Source: the human T2T-CHM13v2.0 reference genome, Homo sapiens
Reading direction: 5' to 3' (one strand)
Assembly (NCBI RefSeq): GCF_009914755.1
Contig: NC_060935.1
DNA: 64,000 nucleotides
The translations under genes were made by a program, and so were the position numbers. The notes under the pieces are model-generated. The model ran no database searches. It was given only the letters and a program-made list of their open reading frames with translations, and was not told the DNA's origin. Numbering within the stretch: position 1 is the first letter of the stretch; every line of letters begins with the position of its first letter. This document shows positions 42,484-55,943 of the stretch, piece by piece.

Positions 42484-43032
42484 TGAGGGAGGAGGCTTTT
42501 AAGCACCACACAGCACTTTCCAGGCCTCAAGCAGTACTAGCAGGTGGAAGGGTGTTCCCAGTCCTGTAGAAGCAGCCTGGGTACTGTGTATCCCACAGGG
42601 GGTCAGGGCTCCCAGCGTGCTCTGTCAACCCTGGCCTCCTGTTGCTTGTGGCCTCCTTGTGTGGGCCCGCTGAGCTCCTGGGGGCTCCATCCCAACAGCA
42701 GAGGCCCCATGCAGCCCATCTCTGACCTGGCCTCTCTCCCAGAAGGCAGCCTGCCTCCTTTATCTGTAACTCACCCTCTCATGCACCTGGGGTGTGTGCT
42801 GTCTTATTCTGCAGCCCGAGGAGGACCCCGGATGTAGAGGAGCTCATGGCCTGCGTCCACCCACAGTCTTCTGCCCTGCTCCCTTTTTTCTGAATGCCAA
42901 GCTGGGGCCTCTCTTGCTCAGCCTTCCGTTCACCCAGGATTGCCTATTGTTGTCTGAGTCCCAGCTGGGGAAAGGCCCACGCATCCTGGGTGGTCAGGCG
43001 GGCAGGGGCCCTGGCTGGTGAGGGAGGCCTAC

Positions 43033-43305
43033 CTTTGACGGCTACGTGAACGCTCTGGCTGATGGAGAGCTGGGGCTGGATGAGGACACTGCACAGGTAC
43101 TCCCCCTCATCCATGCCCTTCTGCACGTCAGTCAGCTTGAGGGTCCCATTCTCAAACACCACCTGGCGGTGGTTGTCTGGCAGCAGCAGGGCATCCTTGT
43201 ACCACTTGATGGAGTAGTAGGGATAGCCGATGACCCTGCAGTTGATAAGGGTGTCCCGCCCGGCGACTGCTGTGATGTTCCGCATAGCCCGGATGCTGGG
43301 TGGGC
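43033..43305 (-). CDS. DSCAML1: Exon 8 (273 nt, phase 1-1), Ig6
   Basis: Acceptor tgcccag|GCCCA, donor AAAG|gtaggc; [10 protein letters not shown]...[18 protein letters not shown]...DEGEYLC...HVAVK. Confidence 0.96.
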
Positions 43306-44029
43306 CTGGGCAGGAGTCAGAAGAGAGGAGGAGGAGGAGAAGGGCATGTGCTGCTGTCAGCCAGGGACAGCCAGGCACCACCCTGCGGTGCTCTTCTCAG
43401 GCACTCGGCCCCTGAGACTTTCGGGGGCGGACATTTGGTGGGGGCACAGGGATGCCTTTTTACAAAGCTACAGACAGGGGCTGGAATTGGGGGGTGCCCA
43501 CAGTCTCTCCAGGACTCACTGTTACTAGCTTCAAAGAGTTGCAAACGGACGCAGTATATACATGCCTTGGCCAAGAGCCATTCCCCTCGTGGGACAGGGA
43601 TAGGACCAAACTGCAGCCCCACCAAGAAGTGACTGGGATTTGGGAGGGCAAGTCCTCATTTATGGGGAGATTAAGATTTTGGGATTAAAGTGGAAAGGTA
43701 GAGATTTTGTTGTTTCCATTCTACTTGCTTATTTTGATCTCGTACCCAAAAGGAATTTAAGTTAATTACTTAAAAACAACAGGAAGGTCTTCGCCAGGTG
43801 AGCTGATGACTTTCGTTCAACAAGTAAATGTGTATTGTAGGCCCCTGGGAAGGAGCTGTGAAAGGGGCTCTGATAGTGCTGGCTGGGGAGAGAGAGTGTC
43901 CTGGGCTAGGCTTGCTGGGCAGATGGCAATCTAGGGGATGGAAAGGGAGTTCAGAGGCTACCAAGCAAGACAGTGCTCCACAGGGTACAAGGTACTCTCT
44001 GGGCCTCAGGTCCCCATCCAGAACATGAG

Positions 44030-44081
44030 GGGCCCAACTGGGAAATCTTCCAGGGCCCGACTGGGAAATCTTCCAGGGCCC
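44030..44081. repeat. Tandem duplication of a 23-bp unit (actgggaaatcttccagggccc x2)
   Basis: Seen directly. Confidence 0.9.
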
Positions 44082-45031
44082 TGCATCTCTGTCCCCCTTC
44101 CAATACAGAGGAGAGGGCAGGAGGGTGGCCAGATGGGAAACCCACACTTCTGTCAGGAGTCCAAGGCTTGGCACAGGCAAATTCAACATGAAACTCCACC
44201 TTTGCTCCTTTTCCTACCCCCACGGCAACCAGGGGTGCCCCTGGATCAGTGCCCCTTCCCTTCCTGCTGTCCCCCTGCTCCTCTGCCCTTGGGTCAGGGG
44301 TCAGCAGTAGGGTCAGATGAAGACCAGTCAGACCCCATCGGGCTACAAAGAGCTTCAGAGGAGACTGTGTTCTCACCACAGTGACTTGAAGAACTGAGAT
44401 GTGGGGATGATGCCCTTGAGGACTCCTTTCCCCACTCTTGGAGGCTGCCTTCCTTGGGACACCCCCACCCAGCCTCAGCCTCTTACTCTTGATGGTGTGA
44501 GCCTTGCGGGAGAAGATGGTGCCCTGGCTCCTGGTTGCTTATACCTCCTGGAGCATTTTGGGGGCTGGCTCAGTGGGAGGACAGAGGGAGCACAGCTTGG
44601 GTGGGCAACCATGTTAAAGACCAAGCCTGGTCCCCAGCCCCTGCACTGTCTTGCCCTTACAAGGCCCTGGTGGGGCTGGCAGATACCAGCAGGTGTTTAG
44701 CATACTTGGGCCCCAGAGAGATTTGATGGGGAGGAATGGGCTAGAGGGTAAGAGAAGGGGCTGGGCTGGCTGGATTTCTGGACAGGAGGAAGGAGGAGGG
44801 GGAATGGGGAGGTGAATGAGGGTGAACTGTACCAGACACACACACGCACACAAGAATGGATGATGGCGCTTGAGGAGGGCAGGAAAAGGGGACGAGAGAG
44901 GGGAGAGAGACCTCTACTAAAATCAAAATGACGATTAATAATAAGTACTAATCAGCACAAGAATAATGGTAACCACAGAGATGGCAAAGGAACTCAAAAA
45001 CCTATTCTGATATTTAAATGTAGACAGGCAC

Positions 45032-45328
45032 CTCTTACGTTTATTCGCGCCTGATATTCAGCACTGCCCACCAAGTTCCGCGCTGTGCACCGGTACACGC
45101 CCCCGTCGCGGATCTGGGGGCCTGTGACGTTCATGTGGCTGATGGTGGTGCCGTCCGACATGGTGTACTGGTTGGTGCGGTGGCTGCCATCCCGCACGAT
45201 GGGCTCATCGTCGAGGGCCCAGGTGACCGTGGGGGGCGGGGCGCCCTTGGCCGCACACATCAGTGAGAACTGCTCCCCGGGGTTGACCACCTTCTCGCTG
45301 AAGGACGAGACGATGCGGGGCGTGCCAT
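45032..45328 (-). CDS. DSCAML1: Exon 7 (297 nt, phase 1-1), Ig5
   Basis: Acceptor ccctgcag|ATGGC, donor AGAG|gtgcct (required to keep frame with exon 8); [10 protein letters not shown]...LMCAAKG...DGGVYRC...RINVR. Confidence 0.95.
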
Positions 45329-46103
45329 CTGCAGGGAGCGAGAAGCCCCCTTCAGGGTCACCAAGCCATGGAGAGACGGTCCCCCCAGCCACCCCACCTC
45401 AGCAGGGGAGGAGGCAAAAAGCAGCCATAAGAGCAAACAAGAACTTTTGTGTACATCAATTCTTCTGCTATCCGCAACCCCAAGTGGTGCCAGTTACTGC
45501 TGTACATGGATTCAGGCTGTAGGGTTTGCATCCTCCCTCAATCACTTATTAGCTCTGGGTCTTTGGTCAAGTTGCTTAACCTCTCTGAGTCTTTTGTCTC
45601 ATGGACGGAGGATGGGGATAATAGCAATCATGATTATACCCACCTCATGGATAGTCTGAGGATAAAATGAATTAATACATTTCAGAGGCTTCACACAGCG
45701 CTTTGTAATTTCTTGATAAATGCTGCTTCCTCTCAACTCTTCCTCTATTAATAAAGACACAAGCTCAGAAGTTAACTGCTTAGAACTACATATGGAACCG
45801 CCTGGCCCTGTGGAGTCTGATTCCAGTTCCCTCTGCGTGGGGCCTCAGGAGGGGGTGGTGGCGCTGCAACCCTGTTAGCACAAGGCCTTAAGTCTGAGGC
45901 TGAAAGTGCACAGAGGCGGTGGCAGTGAGGAGTCTTGGCCGGGGCTTAAGTCTTGGCTAACAGAATAACCTTGGACAAGACAATTAACCTCTGTGCCCTG
46001 GCTTCCTCACGTGGAACACGGGGATGTAATTATTAACCCTGGCCATCCTTCCGCACAGGATTGTTGAAAAGGATTAAAATAGGCATTAAGTACTTTAAAA
46101 GTA

Positions 46104-46413
46104 GGCCAGCCACGGTTGCTTATGCTTGTAATCTCAGCACTCTGGGAGGCTGAGATGGGAGGACTGCTTGAACCCAGGAGTTTGAGACCAGTCTGGGCAA
46201 TGTAGGGAGACCATGTCTTTAGAAAAAATGTAAAAAAATAGCCAGGTGTGGTGGCACATGCCTGTAGTCCCAGCTACTCAGGAGCTGAGGCAGGAGGATT
46301 GCTTGAACTCAGGAGTTTGAGGCCGCAGTGAGCTATGATTGCATCACTGCACTCCAGCCTGGGCAACAGAGCAATGAGACCCGTCTCTAAGAAACAGAAA
46401 CAAGAAACAAAAA
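46104..46413 (+). mobile_element. AluJ-like
   Basis: ggccagccacggttgcttatgc..ggaggactgcttgaacccaggagtttgag. Confidence 0.92.
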
Positions 46414-47209
46414 GGAAGACAAATGTTTGTCTGGTCGGGGTGAGGAATGAGGGCTTAGGTTCCTGGGTGCCTCACACCTTCAAGGAGTGCAGACCCACAG
46501 GCTGTGACGAGGACACCTGGGGAGGATCCCATACCTGTGGGGCTTGCTTGGGTTTGGCTGGTATCTTTGTTACGACAAATCCTTAGAAGGAACAGAATTG
46601 TGTTGTGTTTGTTTTGGTGGCAATGAAGGAGGAGGTGGGGAACCATTAAACTTGTTTGTAAGGACAGGGTTTCTGCCAGCCCCCACTGCTCCTTTGTACA
46701 AATGAGAAAGTGGTGCCTCCTCTGTGTGGGCACAGCCCAGTGCCAGGGCTGATGGGTTGGCAAATGAGGTGCAGGCTGGATTTCAGTCCTCACCTACCCT
46801 CTTGGCTGGGCAACGTGTGCAGTGAACAACCTGAACAACCATACACAGAGGTGCTGGGTAAGGAACTCCGGGTGCTGGCAGCTTTAAAGGAGGAGATAGA
46901 GAAACAAACAAACAGGTAAAAACCCAGGATGCTGGTGAGACACAGAGCCTGCCTTGAAGAGGTCTCAGGCAGGGAGAGGAATTGCAAGTCTAGAGGTCAC
47001 TGGCACTCTTCCAGCCTCTGAAGACTCCTCTAATACTGAAATTCTAGTAATTTCCAAGGGCAGAGACAGTAGAGTATGATGGTTAAGAGACCTGAGCTCA
47101 AATCTCTGCTCTGTCCCTTGGGCAGAGCTGTGTGAACTCGGACAAGTGACCAAAGCTGCAGTTTCCTCAACAGCAAAATGGGTAACATCATTAAAAAAAA
47201 AAAAGTAAA

Positions 47210-47521
<312 letters not shown>

Positions 47522-47695
47522 TTAAATATAAAAAAGGGCTTCCACACAGGGCCCTTAGGGTGAGATGGTGCACCGGCCTGGTGTGTAGTGAGCGCTGGTT
47601 TAATGCCTCCTGGCATTGCTCCCACCTCAGCAGAAGGGAGGGAATGAGCTCGGCAGCCCTGAACCCGCCCCCTGTGTCCTGGCGCCCCAGCTCAC

Positions 47696-47971
47696 CCTCA
47701 AGTGCAATGATGGCAAAGTCCTGGGCGGTCTGGGCCTTGCGGGTAGCGAAGCACTGGTAGGCCCCGGAATGGCTCTTCTGGGCCGAGGTGATGAGCAGCG
47801 TCTCGTTGCTGAGCCCGCGGATGGAGATGGCCTCGTCAGGCAGCACCAGCTCCGTGTTGCGATACCAGCGGATGGTGAACTCTGGGGAGCCCGTCAGGGC
47901 ACAGGAGAGGATGACCGTGCTGCCAATGCCGGTCTTCAGCTTCTTTGGTGTCAGGGTCACATGAAGGGGAT
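47696..47971 (-). CDS. DSCAML1: Exon 6 (276 nt, phase 1-1), Ig4
   Basis: Acceptor cggcccag|ATCCC, donor GAGG|gtgagc; DPLHVTLTPKK...LSCALTGSPEFTIRWYRN...SGAYQCFA...IALE. Confidence 0.96.
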
Positions 47972-50900
47972 CTGGGCCGGGCCAGGGAGACGTGAGGGGA
48001 AATGGGAGGGAGGAAAGAACAGAAAAAGGGCTTACTGTGAGTGGAGTGTAGCTGGGGGTAGTTAGGGGTCACAAAAGGCCCAGGTTCTGCCTCCAGACCC
48101 CTTGTGTGGACTGGGACTGGGGAATTCCTTACTCTAGTCCTCAGTTTACTCATTTGTGAAATGGCAGGCTCAGACTGAGGGATCTCTGGGTATTTGTTGT
48201 TCTGATGGCCTGTGCTCCCCTAAAACGTGTCCCTGTGCCTGGTGAGAGTGTGAGGCTCCCTCTGGCTCACTGAGGAGGGCGGAGACTTGACTGGCTCTTT
48301 ATTCTCCCCGCCACCCACCTCAGAAACCGGGGGGGGCACCCTTGGCCCAGCAGGCTGTCTCCCATACTTGCGGAGATAACACATTGCTATGTGCTGCTGG
48401 TCTGATTTCCTCTAGTTGGATCTGTGGACCCCCTGCTTGGCATTGCCCCACTGCAGGCCTGGAGCTCCCAACCTGGATCCACGTGGCAGCACCTCCCTGC
48501 CTCCCCCCAGCTGTCCTCCATGCTGCAGCCAGCCACTCGCTGCTCAGAACTTCCATGACTCCAATTCAGCATGGCATTTGAGGCCCTCAAGGCCCTAAGG
48601 GCCTGACTGTAGGGGTTCAAAGGGGTTCCGTTGTCACCAAAGCCATAGGTCTTTAGAGCACCAGCAACCTGCCTGCGATTTCTGCATACCCTGGGCTGTT
48701 TCTGGCCCCAGGGCCTCACCTAGAGCATTCTGTGCCTAATTCTTGCTCATCCTTCGCATGGTGTCACCTCTTCCAGGAAGCCTTCCTGGACATCACTCTC
48801 CCTCCCAGGTTGGGCTAAGGATCCCTCCTCTAGCCCCGCTGTGTATAACTCACACCACACTGAGCACCCTGTCTCTTCATCACCTCTTTTGTGTCTGTCT
48901 CCCTTTCCCTCTGGACTGTGGGCCACTTGAGAGCAGGGTGACGTCTCTCAGCCTCATAGGCCTACCATGACCGGAGTCATTACTGATGGTCTAACTGGCT
49001 TAGCAAGCCATTTACAGGCTCCAAACTGACCTCTCCTTGATCTCTATGGGCTAGGGGCTCTGTATGGGGGCTCAGGCTCCCTGTATAGCTTGGTACCCCA
49101 AGTGAGGAAGCCTGCAGGAGAGAGGAAGATTGCAAGCTCATGTGGGCCGAGTGCAGCCAAAGCATAAATGACCGCATGCTTGCTTCTCCCTACTCGTTTC
49201 CCAGAGCCTCTGCCTGCTCTCCAGGAAATGTCAGTGCACATTGAGTCAGGTGGCCTCCTGCTCATCCCAGTCGCCAGCCGGAGCTCCCAGTGCTCTGCTA
49301 GCCACCGTCTCCTCACTGCTCCTGTGTGGGCTTGGCACAGGTTAGGTGGGGGGCTTCGTGGAGGAGTAGGGGGTATGGAAAGCATTGCTTTCCTCTCCAT
49401 GAACCTGGCAGGGAGAGGCTGTAGAGAGGCTGGCAGATGGAGAAAAGTCACATTGATTCCCCTTGAACCTTGGTGGTCCAAACAAGCCTGCTGTGGGGAG
49501 GGGTAGGGGGCTGGGGATCAGAGAAGATGCATTCAGGGTCAGTGTGGGAGTGTACACATCTGGAAGTGGTGACTTGCTGTACATCTGTGAGAGTGTACTT
49601 GGATATGGGCATGTTCCTGTGAAGGGATTATGTAGCTGTGCATGGGTACAGGCACCATATACGTGTGCATGCGTACTTGGGGAGGCGGGCAGGTGCATTT
49701 TCAACATGTGTGCCTGTGTCTGTGTGTCTCCGCTTGCCTGCATACACTGGTGCAGGAGCTGTGAACACTGCATTTACCTACAGGAAGGTTTGCTAATTTT
49801 CCAAGGATTTGAGGGTGTGTTGCCCTTCTGACCTATTTGGAGAGAAAGAGAGAGAAAGAGAGAGAGTGTAGAGCAGGAGGGTGGGAAGGAGGTGAAGGTA
49901 ATACTGGAATAAACTTTTTCAGACAGTGCTTAGGGCAGGAAGGGAGGTGCCAATCCTGATCCTCTGTCTGCTCTGCTGTCCAGGGCTTGTTTGTACGAGA
50001 GGAACCCCCAGGCCCCTGAAGTAGGGCTTTCAGCGTTTTAACCTAAGCATTTGCACCGTGCACTGCCATCCCAGAGCATTTCTTGGGGCTCTTTCTGTTC
50101 TTCCACCTTGACAGTGAATTTGTGTTGGGGCGCTCTTCCAGGCACTGTAGATAAACACACTCCAACTCTCAAGACTCTCTTGACTGTGAGGAAGGAGACT
50201 CAGCCCTTATCTGGGCTGTGGGAGTCAGACACTAGGCCCAGAAGTGGGCTCTGCTGTGGTTCTCTGGTCAGCCTGAGGGTCTGCAGCCCTACTGCCCTAT
50301 GCTCACAATGAATGGGAGGTGGGAAGAGAGTTTCTTTGGTCAACCAGGATGAGAGGTGGGATCACCTCTGGACGTTCTCTTTCCACTGCCCACGTTGAAT
50401 AACCCTCAGGATGCTGTTAGTAATGACAGCCTCATTCCTGTCTCATGAGGCATGGCATTTCCTCAAGGGTGTCCAGATCCCAGCCCCACTGCAGCCTAGA
50501 GAGCAGGGAACTCAGAGAGTCAGACTCTTGATGCCGGAGCTAGAAGGAACTTCTTCATTTCACAGATGGGAACCTTGAGGCTGGGTCACACAGGAGTGGA
50601 GAGAGGTGGGGTAGGGGGAAAGGGGTGAGCTGGGCCTCACAAATCCGCATCCAGAGTGCTTTCCAGGGCATTCGCCCATCTGCTTCTACCCTCTCTGCCT
50701 GCCTTGGGGGCTCCTCAGCAGCAGGGGTATGCTAAGGCCACCTGCTCTCCACACCAGCTCCTTGGACCCCTAGAAGGGGCAGGAGGAGGAATAGGAAGGA
50801 ACCAGGGTTGACATCCAGCTGGAAGGTCCTGGCAGAGATGATTTGCTTGTTTATGGCCAGTTTCTGATCTGATTAATCAGTGCCCCTATCAATGATTGTG

Positions 50901-51370
50901 AAACATCCTGAATGTCACCCTAGGATTGGGATGTATGTCCTCTCTAGTGGATTGACAGCTGCCTTGCTTCCCTTAGTTCGGACACTACCTCCCTACAAGC
51001 CCGGAAGCCCTGCCCTCATGGCGAGCACATCACCATCACCCTCCTCATCCCACTGGAGCCTCATGACCTCTGGGAGGTAGGAAGGCTGGGACCACTTTCC
51101 CATTTTACAGAGAACGGCACTGAGCTGATGGTCATGGTTATGTGATTTGCCCAAAGTCAGTTACTATCTGCTAATGCCAGAAACAAAAGGCAGGCCTCCT
51201 GATTTCAAGCCAAGGGCTTTTCCAGGATACCAGACTGCCTTCCCCAGTCAGCCAGGGTTATTCCCAGGGCCTGGTCAGAGACAGGTCCAGCTGTCGGCCA
51301 CACTCCTCCCCCGACCCCTGAGGCGCCCTCAGAGGTTACTGGGGCTGCAGAAGGGGCTTCCCCGACTCAC

Positions 51371-51649
51371 CAATGACCATGAGGATGCCTGTGGCCTCTG
51401 CCGAACCGAAGGTGTTGGTGACCTCACAAATGTAGGTGCCGCTGTCCTCGGTCCGCAAGTCGCTGATGGTCAGCCCTGTGATGCGCTTGGTCCAGCGGCT
51501 GTCAGCCGGGAGGGGCCGGCCATCCTTGAGCCAGCGGATGGCGGGGATAGGGTAGCCCGAGGCGGTGCAGGGCAGCTCCACGGTGTGGCCGGCCCACACT
51601 TCCTGGGAGTGGAAGCCATCCAGGATGGTGGGGATCGACTCAGCAGGGT
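51371..51649 (-). CDS. DSCAML1: Exon 5 (279 nt, phase 1-1), Ig3
   Basis: Acceptor gccttccag|ACCCT, donor ATTG|gtgagt; DPAESIPTIL...LPCTASGYPIPAIRWLKDG...DSGTYICEV...ILMVI. Confidence 0.96.
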
Positions 51650-52024
51650 CTGGAAGGCAGAGAGGGTCGGCAGCCCTGGCCAGCCCTGGGTGGGATGAAG
51701 TGGCGCTGGGGGAGGGAAGGCAAGCACCCAGACAGGAGCCTGCTGCCCACTGGCGCCCACAGCGAGCAGTTTCCAGGGCGGCTCCAGAGGAACATTTCAG
51801 GGAGGGTGCACTGTGTCTTCTGTGCTCAGGCCAGACCAAGCCCCAGACAACTTTGACTGGGATTCCCAGCAGGGGCTGGGAGGAGGAGAGGATATGATGG
51901 AGTTCGGGACTAGAGTGACAGACAGAGAGACAGATGGAAGAAGGGAAGAAGGCGGAAGAGAGCAAGACGTGCAGGGAGGGAGAGGGTGTGCATGAGAACT
52001 CCTTTCCCACGGAGAGTCCCTGGC

Positions 52025-52324
52025 TTCTTTTTTTTTTTTTGAAATGGAGTCTCAATCACTCTGTCACCCAGCCTGGAGGGCAGTGGGTGATCTTGGCTCA
52101 CTGCAACCTCCACCTCCCAGGTTCAAGCAATTCTCCTGTCTCAGCCTCCCAAGTAGCTGGGCCTACAGGCACGCACCACCACACCCAGCTATTTTTTGTA
52201 CTTTTAGTAGAGACAGGATTTCACCATGTTGGCCAGGCTGGTCTCGAACTCCTGACCTCGGGTGATCCGCCTGCCTTGGCCTCTGAAAATGCTGAGATTA
52301 CAGGCCTGAGCCACCATACCTAGC
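52025..52324 (-). mobile_element. AluS-like, TSD gtccctgg(c/a)ttct
   Basis: Full-length antisense Alu with flanking direct repeat. Confidence 0.95.
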
Positions 52325-53081
52325 TCTGTCCCTGGATTCTGGCCCAGGCTGTAGAGCAGTGATGTGTCATGACGTCTCAAGTTTGCAATTCATGGTAAGT
52401 ATCTCTCTAGGCCTACTGGGAGATGGGAGGACGATCTATCTGTTCCTGCTCTGTCTTCTGCCTAAACTCTGGACAGATTCAGAAATGACCAGTGCATTTC
52501 CATCAGAGCCTAGAAGGATTCAGAAGCCCCACCACAGTCACCTGTGACAATCCTCTATTTCGCATTCCAAAACCAAGAGAAACCAGCAACTACGAGACCT
52601 GTGGCCTGAAGCTGCAGAAAACCATAGCGCCTGCGGGCAGGATTCTGTGTGCAATGCCCAGGAATTTCTGAGTGGTGTCCTGTCGGCCCTCTCAGGCTCG
52701 TTCCCACCCTCCAAGGCCTCTCTGGGTTTCCTGCCCCTGGGGGACCTCCTCCTGTTTTAAACCTCCCCAGGATGCCCCTCACCTACACAACACACCTCCG
52801 CTGCTTATCCTCAATGCCAAGGCCTTCTATGATCTGGGCCAGTGAGTCGGCCTGGCCTGCCTACACTGTCCCCTGTCTCCATGGAAGCCTGCGGTGGTGT
52901 GCTGGGTCACCTGGGTCACCTGGATGCCCAGCCAGCCTGCTCTGCCTGGCCAGCTCCTACTCATCTTTCACAAACCAGCTTAAATGTCACCTCTTCTGGA
53001 TGCCTTCTCCAGGCCACTCTCAATGACTCCCACAGATTTTTCTTTTTCTTTCATTTTATTTTCAAAGAACTCCCTGCTATT

Positions 53082-53381
53082 TATTTTTATTTTTATTTTT
53101 TTGAGACAGAGTCTCACTCTGTCACCCAGGCTGGAGTGCAGTGGTGTGATCTTGGCTCACTGCAACCTCCGCCTCCCGGGTTCAAGCAATTCTCTGTCTC
53201 AGCCTCCCAAGAAGCTGGGATTACAGGTGCCCGCCACCATGCCCAGCTAATTTTTGTATTTTTAGTGGAGACGGAGTTTCACCATCTTGGCCAGGCTGGT
53301 CTTGAACTCCTGACCTTGTGATCCACCCGCCTCGGCTTCCCAAAGTGCTGAGATTACAGGCATGAGCCACCGTGCCCAGCT
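53082..53381 (-). mobile_element. AluS-like
   Basis: Full-length antisense Alu. Confidence 0.95.
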
Positions 53382-53421
53382 CAGAACTTCCCCTTCTTTT
53401 AAAATAAATGTTTTAATAATA

Positions 53422-53735
53422 GGTCAGGCATAGTAGCTCATGCCTGTAATCTCAGCACTTTGGGAGGCTGAGGTGGGAAGATCACTTGAGCCCAGGAGTT
53501 GGAGACCAGCCCGGGCAACACAGTGAGATCCCATGTCTACCAAGCAAACAAACAAAACCATACACACACACATGACTATAGTGCCAGGTGTGGTGGCACA
53601 AGCCTGTGGTCCTGGCTACTCAGGAGGCTGAGGTGGGAGGATCAATTGAGCCAGAGATGTGAGGCTGCAGTGAGCTATGATTGTGCTACTGTACTCCATC
53701 CTGGGCAACAGAGCAAGATCTTGTCTCAAAAATAA
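53422..53735 (+). mobile_element. AluJ-like, head-to-head with the previous Alu
   Basis: ggtcaggcatagtagctcatgcctgtaatc.. Confidence 0.92.
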
Positions 53736-55633
53736 TGATGATACTAATACTAATACAAGCTTTAAAAGTGTTTTAACAGATAAAATAGATAACATATGGA
53801 CTTGGCAAAACTTCAGAAAGTATAGAAGAGCATGTCATAAAGGGAGTCTCCCCATCTCCCCACCCTCCTGCCCTCTGCCACCCCACGTGACTCTCCAGAG
53901 GCAGCCCCCATCAGCACTGCCCCTTCCAAGGGCAGTCAGCACCTGGAAGACCGAGCTCCTCAAGGCAGCGTTAAACCGCTGCTGTATCTCCCCAGGCTGC
54001 TGAACCATAAATGTCTAGGGAGGATGAATGGGGCACTCAGGCATGGGCAGGCGAGTAGTCTGATTTTTCTGGATAGAAATCCACATTGCAGAACTGTATA
54101 GACTTGTGGAATTATAGAGCTGGCTTAGGGAGCTTGAGGCACAAAGAGATGAGGATGCTGAGACCAGCGACGTACAGGGACCTGCCTGGGATCACAACAT
54201 GGAGCTAAGATCAGAAGCCAGGTCTCCCCCACCCTTGTTCAGTAAATGGCGTCTGAGATGGAGTAATCTAAAATCCTAAATTTTGCTTAGGAGTGGATAG
54301 TGGTCCCTTCACTAATGGAAGCTTTCCTCTGCCCTCAGCAATTGCCCTGGAGAGGGGTTGGGGTGAGAATTCTCCTCTCTAGGGGAAAGAATCTCTGTTC
54401 TCTTCCCACCTTCCAGTGCTCGTCAGGGGCTGCCTGTGGGCCACAGAAGGAGCCCGGGTTGGGAATCAGGCTCTCCAGGGGCAAGTTCTGCCTGGGTCAC
54501 TGAGAAGCCCTGTGACCTTGGGCAAGTTTTGTGATCTCCTAGAGCCCGAGTTTCCCCACCTGCCCTGGTGGAGGTGATAACATTGCCTCCAGACTTCACA
54601 AGGCCGTTGCAGGCAACCAGTAGTATAGGTGTGTGGAAGCGCTTTAGACGCTCAATCCAGCTGCAGATGCGTGGGACAATTACTATCTAGAGCTCATGTG
54701 CCCTGCCTGCCAGATTCTGTGGCCTCTTCTCCCACCCCCAACCCGGTGGGAATGGCTGGGATAAACAAACCCAGTGCCAAGGAAGAATTACTCAATGTGA
54801 CACTTAATTGATGCAAAATACACAAATTCCGTGGCACACTGCAGAATTTACAAGCGGAGGGGCCATCAGGGTGGTGGAGGAAGGGGCGGAGGGAGGGAAT
54901 TAATCACCGAGGCTCAGGCGTGAAATTAAATTCTGAGGGAAAGAAACCTCTTCCATTACTCCAGAGCAGAAGTAAAATGCTGCGGCGTGTACATGGCGAC
55001 AGCCCGGGGGGACTGGGTGCTCCTAGCACTGAAGCAGGGCTGGGGGAGACAGATGGTCAGGCTTGAGAAACTGCTGGGGGTGCACTGGAGCTAGGCTAGG
55101 CTGGCTGGGGATCTGAGATGCCCTGGGGAGGCTGCTGGGAACCCTGCCCCCATAGCCAGCTGAACAGCATTGCTGTGGTTAGGTGGTTAGGGCACCACCA
55201 GGAGCATGGCTTCTGCACCTGGCTCTGTCCTTTGTGAGCTGGGGATCCGATTCCAGTCCCTCAGCCTCTCTGACCACTAGTCTCCTCCTTTATAACTGCA
55301 GGTGACAATGCCCATCCCACTGAGTTATGGTGGGGACAGAGTGAGTTAATACACCTGAAAGCACTTGGTAAGCTCTAAAAAAGCACCTAGATGTCTGGAA
55401 TGATTATGATTAGGTTGTATTTTGTGGAGGCACAGACTATTCTTGCAACTGCCTCTGCAACTTGGAAAATACAGAAAAATGAAAGTTGCCGCCCCCCGCC
55501 CCCCCCCTTGGGAATGTAGTAGGAATAACAATGTAGCAACAGCAGAACAACCACCACTGACAATAATAGTAGCAGCTACTGTCTGTCCAGAGCTTCCTGT
55601 GTCAGGCACTAGCTAAGCTTTTTATAGGCGGTA

Positions 55634-55943
55634 TTTATTTATTTATTTATTTTGGAGACAGAGTCTCACTCTGTCACCCAGGCTGGAGTGCAGTGGCATG
55701 ATCTCGCGTTCTCGGTTCACTGCAACCTCTGCCTCCCTGGTTCAAGCGATTCTTTGCCTCCGCCTCCCGAGTAGCTGGGATTACAGGTATGTGCCACCAC
55801 ACTCGGCTAACGTTTGTATTTTTAGTAAAGATGGGGTTTTGCCATGTTGGCCAGGCTGGTCTTGAACTCCTGTCCTCAAGTGAGCCACCTGCTTTGGCCT
55901 CCCAAAGTGCTAGGATTACAGGCCTGAATCACCACGCCTGGCC
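55634..55943 (-). mobile_element. AluS-like with (TTTA)n tail
   Basis: Full-length antisense Alu. Confidence 0.95.

Noticed and set aside
50177-50193. 17-nt identity (ctcttgactgtgaggaa) with the 3' end of exon 11 (30443-30459)
   Set aside because: Similarity does not extend and the donor GT is missing. A single 17-mer match in 64 kb is compatible with chance.
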